Below are positions 52,911-64,000 of a stretch of 64,000 nucleotides of DNA, in pieces. Position 1 is the stretch's first letter; every line of letters starts with the position of its first letter. Source of the DNA: Mobula birostris (taxonomy: Eukaryota); contig NC_092401.1 of NCBI RefSeq assembly GCF_030028105.1, positions 9,706,984 to 9,770,983 of the forward strand, in the 5' to 3' direction. Under the pieces are notes generated by a model. It ran no database searches and was not told where the DNA came from. It was given only the letters and a program-made list of their open reading frames with translations. A program made the position numbers and the translations under genes.

Positions 52911-53179
52911 AATGATGGTCAATAAGGTGGTGGACGGAATATTGGTGCTGGTTATGAGAACTGCTTTGATTGTGGGGCGCCTAGGCGTGCCTTGAGTAGC
53001 AGCAGCACTCTCAGTGGATATATTTAAATATTCCCGTTTCAGCCTGGTACAGCTAAAAAGCACAACTGCTTCCAAGGTCAGTACAGTCGACAAAGATGTC
53101 TTAATGCATTTAAACAAGCTATCGCTGCTTAAAACTGACGGAAACAACACCGATTATGGTCAGAAATGCCCATGGAGAT

Positions 53180-55762
53180 CTATAGAGTCTGTCAAAAGCA
53201 GAGGTGGATGAGTATGCCTCATGATCAACTCTTCTTGGTGCACAAATATATCTGTGCTGTCCCAATTCTGCTCACCAGACCTGAGATATCTAGCAGTAAA
53301 GTGCCATCCTTTTTACCTACCAGGAGAGTTCTCTGCGGTCATTTTGGTAGCAGTTTACATTCCACCTCAGGCCAATGTCAAGCAGGCTTTAGATAATCTG
53401 AGTAATGGGATCAACACACATGAAACAGCGCACTCTAACGCCTTCACCATCGTTTTGGGAGATTTTAACCAGGCCAGTCTGAAAAAAATCACCATGCAAT
53501 TACCATCAACAGATCACTTGCAATACCAGAGGAAACAACACACTGGACCATTGCTACACCACCATCAAGAATGCCTACCGTGATACTCCACGCCCTCACT
53601 TCGGGAAGTCTGGTCACCTGGCTGTATTTCTACTCCCTGAGTATAGACAGAGACTGAAGACGGCAGCACCAATGGTGAGGACCAAGAAGGTTTGGACAAG
53701 GGAAGCACAGGAGCGCCTACAGGACTGCTTTGAATCGGTGGACTGGACTGTATTCAGGGATTCATCTTCGAACCTGGATGAGTATGCTGCAGTTGTTACC
53801 GACTTCATTAAAACCTGTGTGGATGAGTGTGTGCCTACAAAGACTTACTGTATATTCCCAAACCAAAAGCCGTGGATGAACCAGGAGGTACGTTGTCTGC
53901 TGAAGGCCAGATCTGCGGCATTCAAGTCTGGTGACCCAGGCCTGTACCAGAAAACCAGGTATGATTTACAGAAGGCTATTTCAAGGGTGACGAGACAATT
54001 GCGAACGAGGTTGGAGGCAACATTGGATGCACGGCAACTCTGGCAGGGTCTGTAAGACATTACTTCCTACAAAGCGAAACCCAATAGCATAAATGGCAGC
54101 AATGCCTCACTGCCAGATGAACTCAACGCCTTCTATGCCCGTTTTGAAAGGGAGAATATAACTACAGCTGTGAAGATCCCTGCTGCACCTGGTGACCCTG
54201 TGATCTCTATCTCAGAGGCCGATGTTAGGCTGTCTTTAAAGAGAGTGAACCCTCGCAAGGCGGAAGGTCCCGATGGAGTATCTGGTAAGGCTCTGAAAAC
54301 CTGTGCCAACCAACTAGTGGGAGTATTCAAGGACATTTTCAACCTCTCACCGCTACGGGCAGAAGTTTCCACTTGCTTCAGAAAGGCAACAATTATACCA
54401 GTGCCTAAGAAGAATAATGTGAGCTGCTTTAAGGACTATTGCCCAGTAGCACTCACATTGACCGTGATGAAATGCTTTGAGAGGTTGGTCATGACTAGAC
54501 TGAACCCCTGCCTCAGCAAGGACTTGGACCCATTGCAGTTTGCCTGTCACCACAAAAGGTCAACAGCAGATGCAATCTCAATGGCTCCCCACACAGCTTT
54601 TGACCACCTGGACAACACAAACACCTGCGTCAGGTTGCTGTTCATTGACTATAGCTCAGCATTTAATACTGTCATTCCCACGATCCTAATTGAGAAGTTG
54701 CAGAACCTGGGCCTCTGTACCTCCCTCTGCAATTGGATCCTCGACTTCCTAATTGGGAGACCACTATCTATGCGGATTGGTGATAACATATCCTCCTCGC
54801 TGACGATTAACACTGGCGCACCTCAGGGGTCTACTCTATATAAACTAGACTGTGTGGCTAGGCATAGCTCAAATACCATCTATAAATTTGCTGACGATAC
54901 AAACATTGTTGATAGAATCTCAGGTGGTGACGAGAGGGTATAGAGGAGTGAGATATGCCGACTAGTGGAGTGGTGTCGCAGCAACAACCTGGCACTCAAC
55001 GTCAGTAAGACGAAAGAGCTGATTGTGGACTTCAGGAAGGGTAAGAGAAGGAACACATACCAATCCTCATACAGGGATCAGAAGTGGAGAGTGAGCATCT
55101 TCAAGTTCCTGGGTGTCAAGATCTCTGAGGATTTAACCTGGTCCCAACATAGCGATGTAGTTATAAAGAAGGCAAGACAGCAGCTATACCTTATTAGGAG
55201 TTTGAAGAGATTTGGCTTGTCAACAAATACACTCAAAAACTTGTACCGTGGAGAGCATTCTGACAGGCTGCATCACTGTCTGGTATGGAGGGGCTACTGC
55301 ACAGGACCGAAAGAGGCTGCAGAAGGTTGTAAATCTTGTCAGCTCCATCTTGGGCACTAGCCTACAAAGTACCCAGGACATCTTTGGGGAGCGGTGTCTC
55401 AGAAAGGCAATGTCCATTATTAAGGACCTCCAGCACCCAGGGCATACACTCTTCTCACTGTTACCATCAGGTAGGAGGTACAGAAGCCTGAAGACACACA
55501 CTCAGCGATTCAGGAACAGCTTCTTCCCCTCTGCCATCCAATTCCTAAATGGACACTACCTCACTTTTTTTTAATATACAGTATTTCTGTTTTTGCATGT
55601 TTTGTTAATCTATTCAATAAACGTAATTGATTTACTTGTTTATTATTTTTATTTTATTTATTATTATTATTTTTCTCTGCTAGATTATGTAATGCATTGA
55701 ACTGCTGCTGCTAAGTTAACAAATTTCATGTCACATGCCAGTGATAATAAACCTGATTCTGA
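53180..55762 (+). mobile_element. Rex-Babar-type non-LTR retrotransposon, long decayed copy
   Basis: VAVYIPP...GDFNQ endonuclease; GPDGV...VMKCFERLV...LFIDYSSAFNT...GAPQG...KFADDT; tail AATAAACCTGATTCTGA. Confidence 0.88.
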
Positions 55763-55871
55763 GAGATGACTTCTCATTCAAATACAGTTTGTAGTTATGT
55801 GTGTCCTGAAACGTGGGATGGCAATGATGTGAATGAAAGCCTCTCTTTCACTGCTACTTTTCTACTTTCAG

Positions 55872-56007
55872 GATGGTGCAACAGTTTGGGGTGGATTTTG
55901 AGAAGAGAATTGAAGGCTCGGGGGACCAAGTGGATACAGTAGAACTGTCTGGTGGTGCAAGAATTAATCGTATCTTCCATGAGCGGTTCCCGTTTGAGCT
56001 TGTGAAG
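55872..56007 (+). CDS. DNM2: DNM2 exon 8 (136 nt)
   Basis: [45 protein letters not shown]; AG/GT. Confidence 0.95.
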
Positions 56008-56034
56008 GTTCGTGGTGCCGTGGAAGGATAATTA

Positions 56035-56688
<654 letters not shown>

Positions 56689-56854
56689 TAATTGGCCACA
56701 TGAACTCTCACAGAGAAAGGAGTGCGGGCAAAACCAAGGGCCTCCTTGTAGCACTAAACGAGAGAGAGAGAGAAAGGACTAGAACAAGACACAAACCAGC
56801 TGGAACATTGCACTGTTGGGATTGATTCATTAATAGCATCCTTGATCGTGCCTG

Positions 56855-57255
56855 ATTTGCACAGTGAGTGGTACTGTGTACTAGATCGTGTCTGTTCATG
56901 TAGTGAGTGATGCAGTGTCTTCGATTGTGTAGTGTTTGTGCAGTAGATAGTGTGGAATCCTGGACTGCAAACCGTGTGCGGAGTGACTGTTCCATCACCT
57001 TGGATTATATACCCTTTGGACAGTGGGTGTTGCCACATCTAGGAATGTGTGCTTGGTACTGGATCGCTAACTTTATATGGTATGTGAGAAGCAATATCTT
57101 GTGTAATGTTTGCTCAGTGGATAGTGCTGTGCCCTTGACCAAATGCTGTTTGCTCAGTGAGTGGTGCTGTGTCGTGGATTGTATTTCAGAGTGAGTGGTA
57201 TTGAATTCTGGATCATGCATTCTTTGCACAGCGAGCGGTGCTGTGTCCTGGTCCC
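56855..57255 (+). repeat. Highly degenerate 40-bp tandem array
   Basis: CAGTGAGTGGTGCTGTGTCCTGGAT-like units at 56864, 56903, 56943, 56983, 57023, 57117, 57157, 57191, 57231. Confidence 0.65.
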
Positions 57256-58559
57256 TAGTCTTTTATGTAGCATGGCTGCTTGGACAGAACACACCCTCTC
57301 AAGCAGCAGATTCAGGGGTGTGGGATGTGCTTGTGGTGAAATGAGTCATGCGCTTGTTATGGGGCAACCCTGCTGATCAAATCTTCAGCAGTAAAAAAAA
57401 ATGTGTAAGTGAGTTTAGTGTTTTGCAGATAGGACTGTAGGAATCTTTTGTAAACTCAGCAAGTGGCTGAAAATGGGAGGGGTGGAGAGTTGGGGATTGG
57501 GAGAAAGGAAAAAAATACAGATGTTGTCTGCCTGGAATAAAATCAGAAAATGCTGGAAATTCTCAGCGAGTCAGCCAGCACCTATAGAGTGAGAAACAAA
57601 GATGATATTTCCAGCCAATGGTCTCTCATGATCAGTGATGAAAATTCCAATGAAAGGTTATTGTCCTGAAACGTGAACTCAGTCTCCAGAGATACTGCCT
57701 AACCTGTTAGCAGTTCCCACCATCTTCCCGTTTAATTTATTTTGCAGAACATGTTCTTTAAACCCACAAGTTAACTTCTCAATTGGGTTTGGGCAAGTGA
57801 TAAGTGTTGGGGGGGGGCAGGTCATGGCACAATGCACAGCATCAAGGGACTGAGGATTTACATTTGCAAGATCACACACCAGATGTGTTGTGAGTGTGAG
57901 GCTGCTATGGCCATACGCATGGATGTCTTTAGAATAAAATTCACTTTCAGGGCAATAATCGGATGAGCTAGAGAGGCTGCATTGTCATCACCTTGGCTCT
58001 CTGAATGCAGCCAGCAATCTTAACCCACATCTATGGATGTAGGTCCTCATATGTTTACAAACACTCAATTTGCCTACGTACAAAAGAGCATTTAGGAGAC
58101 CAGAGGGACGGATTTGCTGGGTGCTGTCGGGCTGCAGGCACCTCCTACCGCAAGCAAGCTCTGATCATGGCAACATTTCTGACTTGCAAACTGCTCCGGT
58201 TGTGAATAGTTCACAAGAACAGAACTCTGTCATAACCCGGGAAAGACCTGCGAGTCTGTCACGTCTTGCCTGAAAGATTGGGAAGGTGCTTGCCCGACAG
58301 CACGTTGTTAATGAATATGCGAATATAGTGTACAGATCACTCTGAATTGCACACTGCAATCACATAGAAGCGTGGTTGAAGAGCTTGCTGACCAGAAGAC
58401 AAAAAGCCCAGTCTCATGTAGGAACAAATCTCCGCGGCTTTGGGACCGTAGCCTTATAGGTCCTGCTCGTTCCGAGCTGGCTTCCCAATGTTCCAAATCG
58501 TGTTTGACTTTTTTTTTTGTTTTGTTTTGTTTTGTTTTCTTTCCCTTACCCGGCTTTAG

Positions 58560-58698
58560 AACGGGGCTGTTCACCCCGGACTTGGCGTTTGAAGCAATTG
58601 TGAAAAAGCAGGTGGTGAAGCTGAAAGCTCCGTGTTTGAAGTGTGTGGACATGGTAATCCAGGAGCTGGTAAACACAGTCAGACAGTGCACACTGAAG
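58560..58698 (+). CDS. DNM2: DNM2 mutually exclusive exon 10a (139 nt)
   Basis: [46 protein letters not shown]; AG/GT. Confidence 0.93.
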
Positions 58699-60873
58699 GT
58701 ATTCCCCTCCCCCCCCCACCCCCGCCGCCCTGGTGGCTCACGTGCACCAGCACCCTTGTCCTGTGTAGTTGTGTGCATGATCTAACATGTAAACGGTCAG
58801 CTATGCATGAGGACCAGTTGGGTACAAGGGGCTGCAGACGAAGAGTACAGTGTGGCTGCAGAGATCCTGACCTCTGCAAACGTCCCCCAGCGCCCTTTTT
58901 GGGCGGAAGGTACCTACTGTAGATTGCACAGTCAAAGGGCAATGTTTGCAGCATGTTACTGATGCTTTACAACCAAAATACAGGGAGATGTGGCCATTCT
59001 GTCATTTTGCATTTTCATGCCTGCTCTGTGCCCCATCTGGGCAATGCAGATGGCTCTCATCAGTTTCCTGGAATCCTTTTCCTCCTCTCAAGGCTATGGA
59101 GACCTACAACGTGATTCACTTTTAACAGTCTGGGGAAAGGAAGCTTCCTGACTGGTGATGGCCACTGTGTTTCTTTCTTTTGGGGTGATGCTGATTTGAT
59201 AAATTTACTGCTCTGCGCCTCCCAAGTGTTTAATCCTTGGTGTGGGTATCTGAGTTAACTGCACTGACAGTAATGCATTAGACTTGCTGCCATGTTCCTT
59301 CAGCTGTCCCACAATCTGTGGAATTCTTCCCCCTGTGCTGCGGTGGGTGAGGCCAGGTTGGAGATTGAGGTGGACTGTGGTTATGTGCCGGTAGATCGTG
59401 ATATTGATGTTAATAAATTCAGTCAGTAAACATTTTATTTTGGGAAAGATTGTGAGAAGGATTAACCAGGTAGCCAATAGACTTTGGTACCACTCTTCTG
59501 ATTCAAAGAACACGCAGTTCTCTGTGGCTTCATCTGACTGAAGGTACTTTCTGGTCTGTGTCTTAAAATTTTAAACTGGATCAAAGCAAACCTGGCTGAT
59601 ATTCTATTCCCCGGGCCATAGTTGCTGAATTCTGAGTTGTTCACTAACTGTTTAAATAGTTCATTTTCAATATCCCATTTTGGGGGGAAAAAAAAGGGTT
59701 TCCTTACCTTTGTGAAGTACCCAGATTCTTTAGATTCATCACTTTCGAACATAGAACACAGGAACAGGGCATTCGGCCCACAGTGTTGTGCTGAACCAGC
59801 TAAAACAAATCAAAAACACATCGAACAGGGACAGTACAGCACAGGAACAGGCCATTCAGCCTTCTTTGTTCCAGTATCACTCTGTTAGTGCTGAGTGAAA
59901 ACCATGGGGACTACATTTCAAGTGTAGTGTCACTTCCTACTTTGTAAGCTCCCTTACATTAGGGTCTGGTGAAAGATCTCCTGGTGTGCCCAGTGAACTG
60001 GATCAGTGTTGGGGGGTGGAGGTGATTGAAACTCACACACAGCGGTCCACTGCTGTCTTGTTCTTCATGCATTTGGTGGACATGAGCCCGCAGTAAATGT
60101 TTCCGTTTTCATACCCCTGTGGAAAGGGGCACCGCTGGGCAGGAAAACTTCTGGTTTTATGGTCGAGCTGGTAGTGAGAGAAACTGTCTCCCCCTGCCCT
60201 TCCCAAAAACAGAACATCTGAAGGAACACAAAGTGGGTGTAATGGTTTTGTCATAAGTAATGGTGCATGCATTACTTAGCAGCGAGAAGCAAACTGAGTT
60301 GGCAGAGGCTGTGTGAGTGCTGTGGATCATTAGGAGGGTTGAACTGTCTGGAGTATCTGTTTGAAGCGGTCACCTACGATGATCTTGGGATAACCCAGCG
60401 GTAATGCCCGTAGTTCTCCTTGTGCTTGCTTTTGGGAAATTAAAAGCAGCAGATGTTATGCCACTCAATGGGTTGAGGGTGATACCTCTTTCCCCCTCCC
60501 CCTCCCGCCCCAGATTCTTGCCCTCTGCGCACAGGAGCACAGTTAGTAGATGGTTTGGGAACTTCAGTCATGTGCCTGAGCACCAGAGAGATGTTACTGT
60601 GGGAGCTGAGCTTCACGTTTAACTGATCTACGTCCTTGCAGCCTGGCAAGAGACTCCTCACAAGTCCCACAACACTCGTCACTGCGCCTTGCTAGCTCAG
60701 TTTGCTCACCTTGACGATGGACGTGCTAACTCTCTTGCATTCTGTCTGTTTTGTTTTCTTTCTCCTTTCTATGCCTCTCTTGCTGGCTCTTGGTCCTGCT
60801 GTTCCCACACTGTCCCTGCCCCCCTCCCCCCCCCCCCACCCCGTTCTCTCTGCTCTGTGCTTGCTGTGTGTAG

Positions 60874-61012
60874 GACAGGGCTGTTCACCCCAGACATGGC
60901 ATTCGAAGCCATTGTGAAAAAGCAGGTGCACAAGTTGAAGGAGCCGTGCTTGAAGTGCATTGATATGGTGGTCTCCGAACTAGCTACTGTCATCAGAAAG
61001 TGTAGTGACAAG
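60874..61012 (+). CDS. DNM2: DNM2 mutually exclusive exon 10b (139 nt)
   Basis: [46 protein letters not shown]; same length and phase as 10a. Confidence 0.93.
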
Positions 61013-62357
61013 GTAACAATATAATTGAACTTGTGTGGGGCTGATTCATTAATTACTGAGCGGTGTAAGGCAGCCTGTACTTGGGGATTAATCTTATTTC
61101 TTCAGTCTCTCTGAGTGAAGTGTAGAAGTCACAAAGTACCTAATGGGCCGAAAGAGCAATATAAGTTCAGTGTGCTCTCCCGTGTTGTCTCTGTATCCCT
61201 GGTACAGAGCAGGAATGATACGATACCCCAAAGGCAGTCGAGAGACTAATGTAGCACTGAAAGAGGAGGCGTGAGCTTAGTCTGTCTGGAAACATACATA
61301 GTAGCATATCAGAGAATGTCAGGAGCCTTGGCCTAACGCCCAGCTTGCATTCGGCTGTTGTCTAGTCTCTGTGTGGCCTCGTTGAAATGGAGGTTTGCCA
61401 TAGTGACCTAGTAGTTCCATATTCATTGCTTGGTCATAGTGAGTTAATAGCTAAACCATCAGAAGTATAATATTTAAGTATAATGTTCCCATTTTAATTT
61501 TCCCTAACATTGACCTTGGGATTTGCCATTCTAATGGAGTTGTAGTGACCTTGGGGTTTAGGTTGGGAGGGACAGTGCAGTAAAGGTTGTAGATTAAACG
61601 TAGTAGTGAGGCCTCCAGGTTTAGTGTTTCTATTGTACTGCAAACACTAAGCCTGTTTATTGAATGTTGATGAAGCTCTTCCTGAAGAATGAGCCTTCTC
61701 AGGTTTCTTATAGGTAGATTCTTTATTGAGCTTTCCAATTGACGAGCCTGATACAGTGGGGCATAAAGTAGGACCTTCATTCTCTTCAAAGGATGGAGTA
61801 CTGAGTGCTGCCAGTTTACCTCCATGACTGTGACCTGACCTCCTGCTCCCATCTCTTATCTTTAGTTTTCCATTTTGACCACTACTGTAGTTCAAGATTT
61901 AGATGGTGTTGACAGAGATCAACCTTTGCAATGTATTCTTTGCCCTGCAGGGTGCCCCTGGTCAGTCCACACATGCTGCCCTTGATACTCGTCCATCTCT
62001 CTGCATCACCCTGTCTTGTCTTGGCTGTGTCTGATTCCATGGCTTGTGATGAAGTTTTGAATAAATTTGCATTGTCACTCAAAACAGGTCCTTCAGTTTA
62101 AAACTTGTCCTAACTTGTCCCATTATCGATGTGCATCGTGATATGCATTTCATTCAAAACTTTCTCCACAGCCTGCTGGTTGTTGTTAGCTGATATGTGG
62201 TGGCAATGGGCTTGCTGTGTTTCATACTGAATCTGATCTGCTCCAGACCAGATTCCTTCTCACTATTACTGATCTGTTTGTGGTGCACTGTTTGTGACTG
62301 TTGGTTTGAGTTAGACCCCAGCAAACTGCAGTGCTGTCTGCTCTCCTCTCCTTGCAG

Positions 62358-62444
62358 CTGAACTCCTTTCCCAGGTTACGAGAAGAGACAGAGAGAATTG
62401 TAACCACTCATGTTCGAGACCGTGAAGGAAAGACCAAGGATCAG
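62358..62444 (+). CDS. DNM2: DNM2 exon 11 (87 nt)
   Basis: [29 protein letters not shown]; AG/GT. Confidence 0.95.
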
Positions 62445-62607
62445 GTGAGTGAGTATCTTCCGGCTGGGACTGGGTTACATAAACCTGACTGGTGCATCTT
62501 GTCTATGGGTTATCCTCCCAGGCAGTGAAGAGCCGCTAACTTAAGCTCTGTTGACTGTGAATGCATCATAAAAAGGGATCATTTGTAACAGTCCTGTTCT
62601 CTCCTAG

Positions 62608-62678
62608 ATACTTCTGCTGATTGATATTGAATTATCTTACATCAACACAAACCACGAGGACTTTATTGGATTTGCCAA
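62608..62678 (+). CDS. DNM2: DNM2 exon 12 (71 nt); gene continues past the right window edge
   Basis: [32 protein letters not shown]. Confidence 0.95.
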
Positions 62679-62712
62679 GTAAGTACGTGTGTATAATGTA
62701 TTATGTATATAG

Positions 62713-63022
62713 TGTGGGCACGTGGCCAATGGTTAAGGCATTGGACTAGTGACCTGAAGGTCGTGAGTTTGAGCCCCTGCCGAAGGAATGTGTTGTGTCT
62801 TTGAGCAAGGCGCTTAATCACACATTGCTTTGCGACGACACTGGTGCCAAGCTGTATGGGTCCTAATGCCCTTCCCTTGGACAACATTGGTGTAGTGGAG
62901 AGGGGAGACTTGCAGCATGGGCAACTGCTGGTCTTCCATACAACCTTGCCCAGGCCTGCGCCCTGGAGAGCGAAGACTTTCCAGGTGCAGATCCGTGGTC
63001 CCGCAAGACTAACGGATGCCTT
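62713..63022 (+). mobile_element. tRNA-derived SINE (CORE-like central motif)
   Basis: A box TGGCCAATGG, B-box-like GAGTTTGAGCCC, TTGAGCAAGGCGCTTAATC; highly similar inverted copy at 11654-11961. Confidence 0.8.
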
Positions 63023-64000
63023 TGCTTATATAATATATATGTATATGTGTGTGTGTGTATGTATATAAATTATATAAATGTATAATGTGTGTGTGTGTGT
63101 GTGTATATGTAATATATTAATTATAGTAGGCCATTGAGAGTGTCAAGTCTTCTCTGCTATGCAGTGATAATGGCTAAGTATCTAGTTTTTCCATTTTCCT
63201 GCTCTGTCCCTGTAATTTTTCAGTTGTATCGGTGAGCAAAGAATCTATCAGCCTGCACCTGAATTTTAAATTGCACTAAACCACCTCAGCTTCAACAGTG
63301 ATCTGTGGTAGTTAAACACCATTTTCCCCAAGAAGGGATCGGCTGCTGACAGCAGCTTGCCAGAGTCCTCTGTCCTGGGCCAGTGTGGTGGTGGTCCTGA
63401 ACGATAGAAGGTTGATTTGACCCTGTGCCTTCCACAGACTTTAGGCTTTCACCAGACTACTTCATATGTCTTCTAAGCGAAGATCCTTCCTCTCCCAGGG
63501 ATGTGCTTTTTAGAGCTTCTGTTGGCATTTCTGTAGCACTGCGGTTTTATGGGATGGCGTTGCTAGCCCCTTGCCCAGCTCTCCTCCTTTTGCAGCTGGG
63601 CTTGGGACCGTCCATGGCAGAGTAGATATGTGGTAGTACGTTACAAAAGTTCAGCAGTGTGAGTAAATAGATTTCACTTCCCTCGGTCCTAAATGCCCAA
63701 TTCCTTCAGTCTGTAGTCCAAGATCCTGTAACTAGGGAAAATAGTTCTTTCATATTTATACCTGTAGTAATCATGTTTTAGTAAAGTAGCTCTCATTCAT
63801 GTTCATATAAAACCACCAAACTCTTGTTGCTGTGAACTTGTGCTCTTCTGGGTTTCTGAAGCTCTGATGCTGTTAAGTAATGGGACTGGCTTGATTCAGC
63901 TGAAGTTTTCCTGCTTTTTTTTTCCCCTCCAAAATGGAAGCATCCACGACCTGACATTACCACTGTGAGCTGGGTAGAGGCTATTCCTTTATCACAGTGA

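Noticed and set aside
54170-54943. 257-aa RT ORF as an active or domesticated gene
   Set aside because: Surrounding Rex-Babar ORF has stops and frameshifts and a deletion after GAPQG, so this is a dead copy.
60874-61012. Assembly duplication or pseudo-exon of 58560-58698
   Set aside because: The copies are diverged with intact splice sites and match the known dynamin 10a/10b pair.
62713-62785. tRNA gene
   Set aside because: The tRNA-like head continues into a SINE body duplicated at 11654-11961, and no proper acceptor stem is evident.
62679-64000. Dynamin-intronic miR-199 hairpin
   Set aside because: Known to lie in a later dynamin intron; I saw no matching sequence in this window.

Overview
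Vertebrate genomic DNA. The repeat content (HE1/V-SINE-like elements, shark-type CR1, Penelope, Rex-Babar, Tc1) suggests a cartilaginous fish, probably a ray; this is an inference. Three intron-containing genes are present. QTRT1 is on the minus strand (coding exons 1-9; the last exon lies outside the window). A complete 7-exon uridine-cytidine kinase gene is on the plus strand, and DNM2 exons 1-12 follow on the plus strand, including mutually exclusive exons 10a/10b behind a GC donor. Introns are dense with decayed transposons, and there are two N gaps. The most notable observations are: (1) the UCK gene beside QTRT1/DNM2 has mixed UCK1/UCK2 residues and may be a third vertebrate UCK ohnolog absent at this locus in human; (2) minimal hammerhead ribozyme cores sit in Penelope-derived inserts, sense to their host pre-mRNAs; (3) the DNM2 promoter has a fixed-spacing CCAAT-N18-GATTGA module array; (4) there is splicing-control architecture around DNM2 exons 9-10b.
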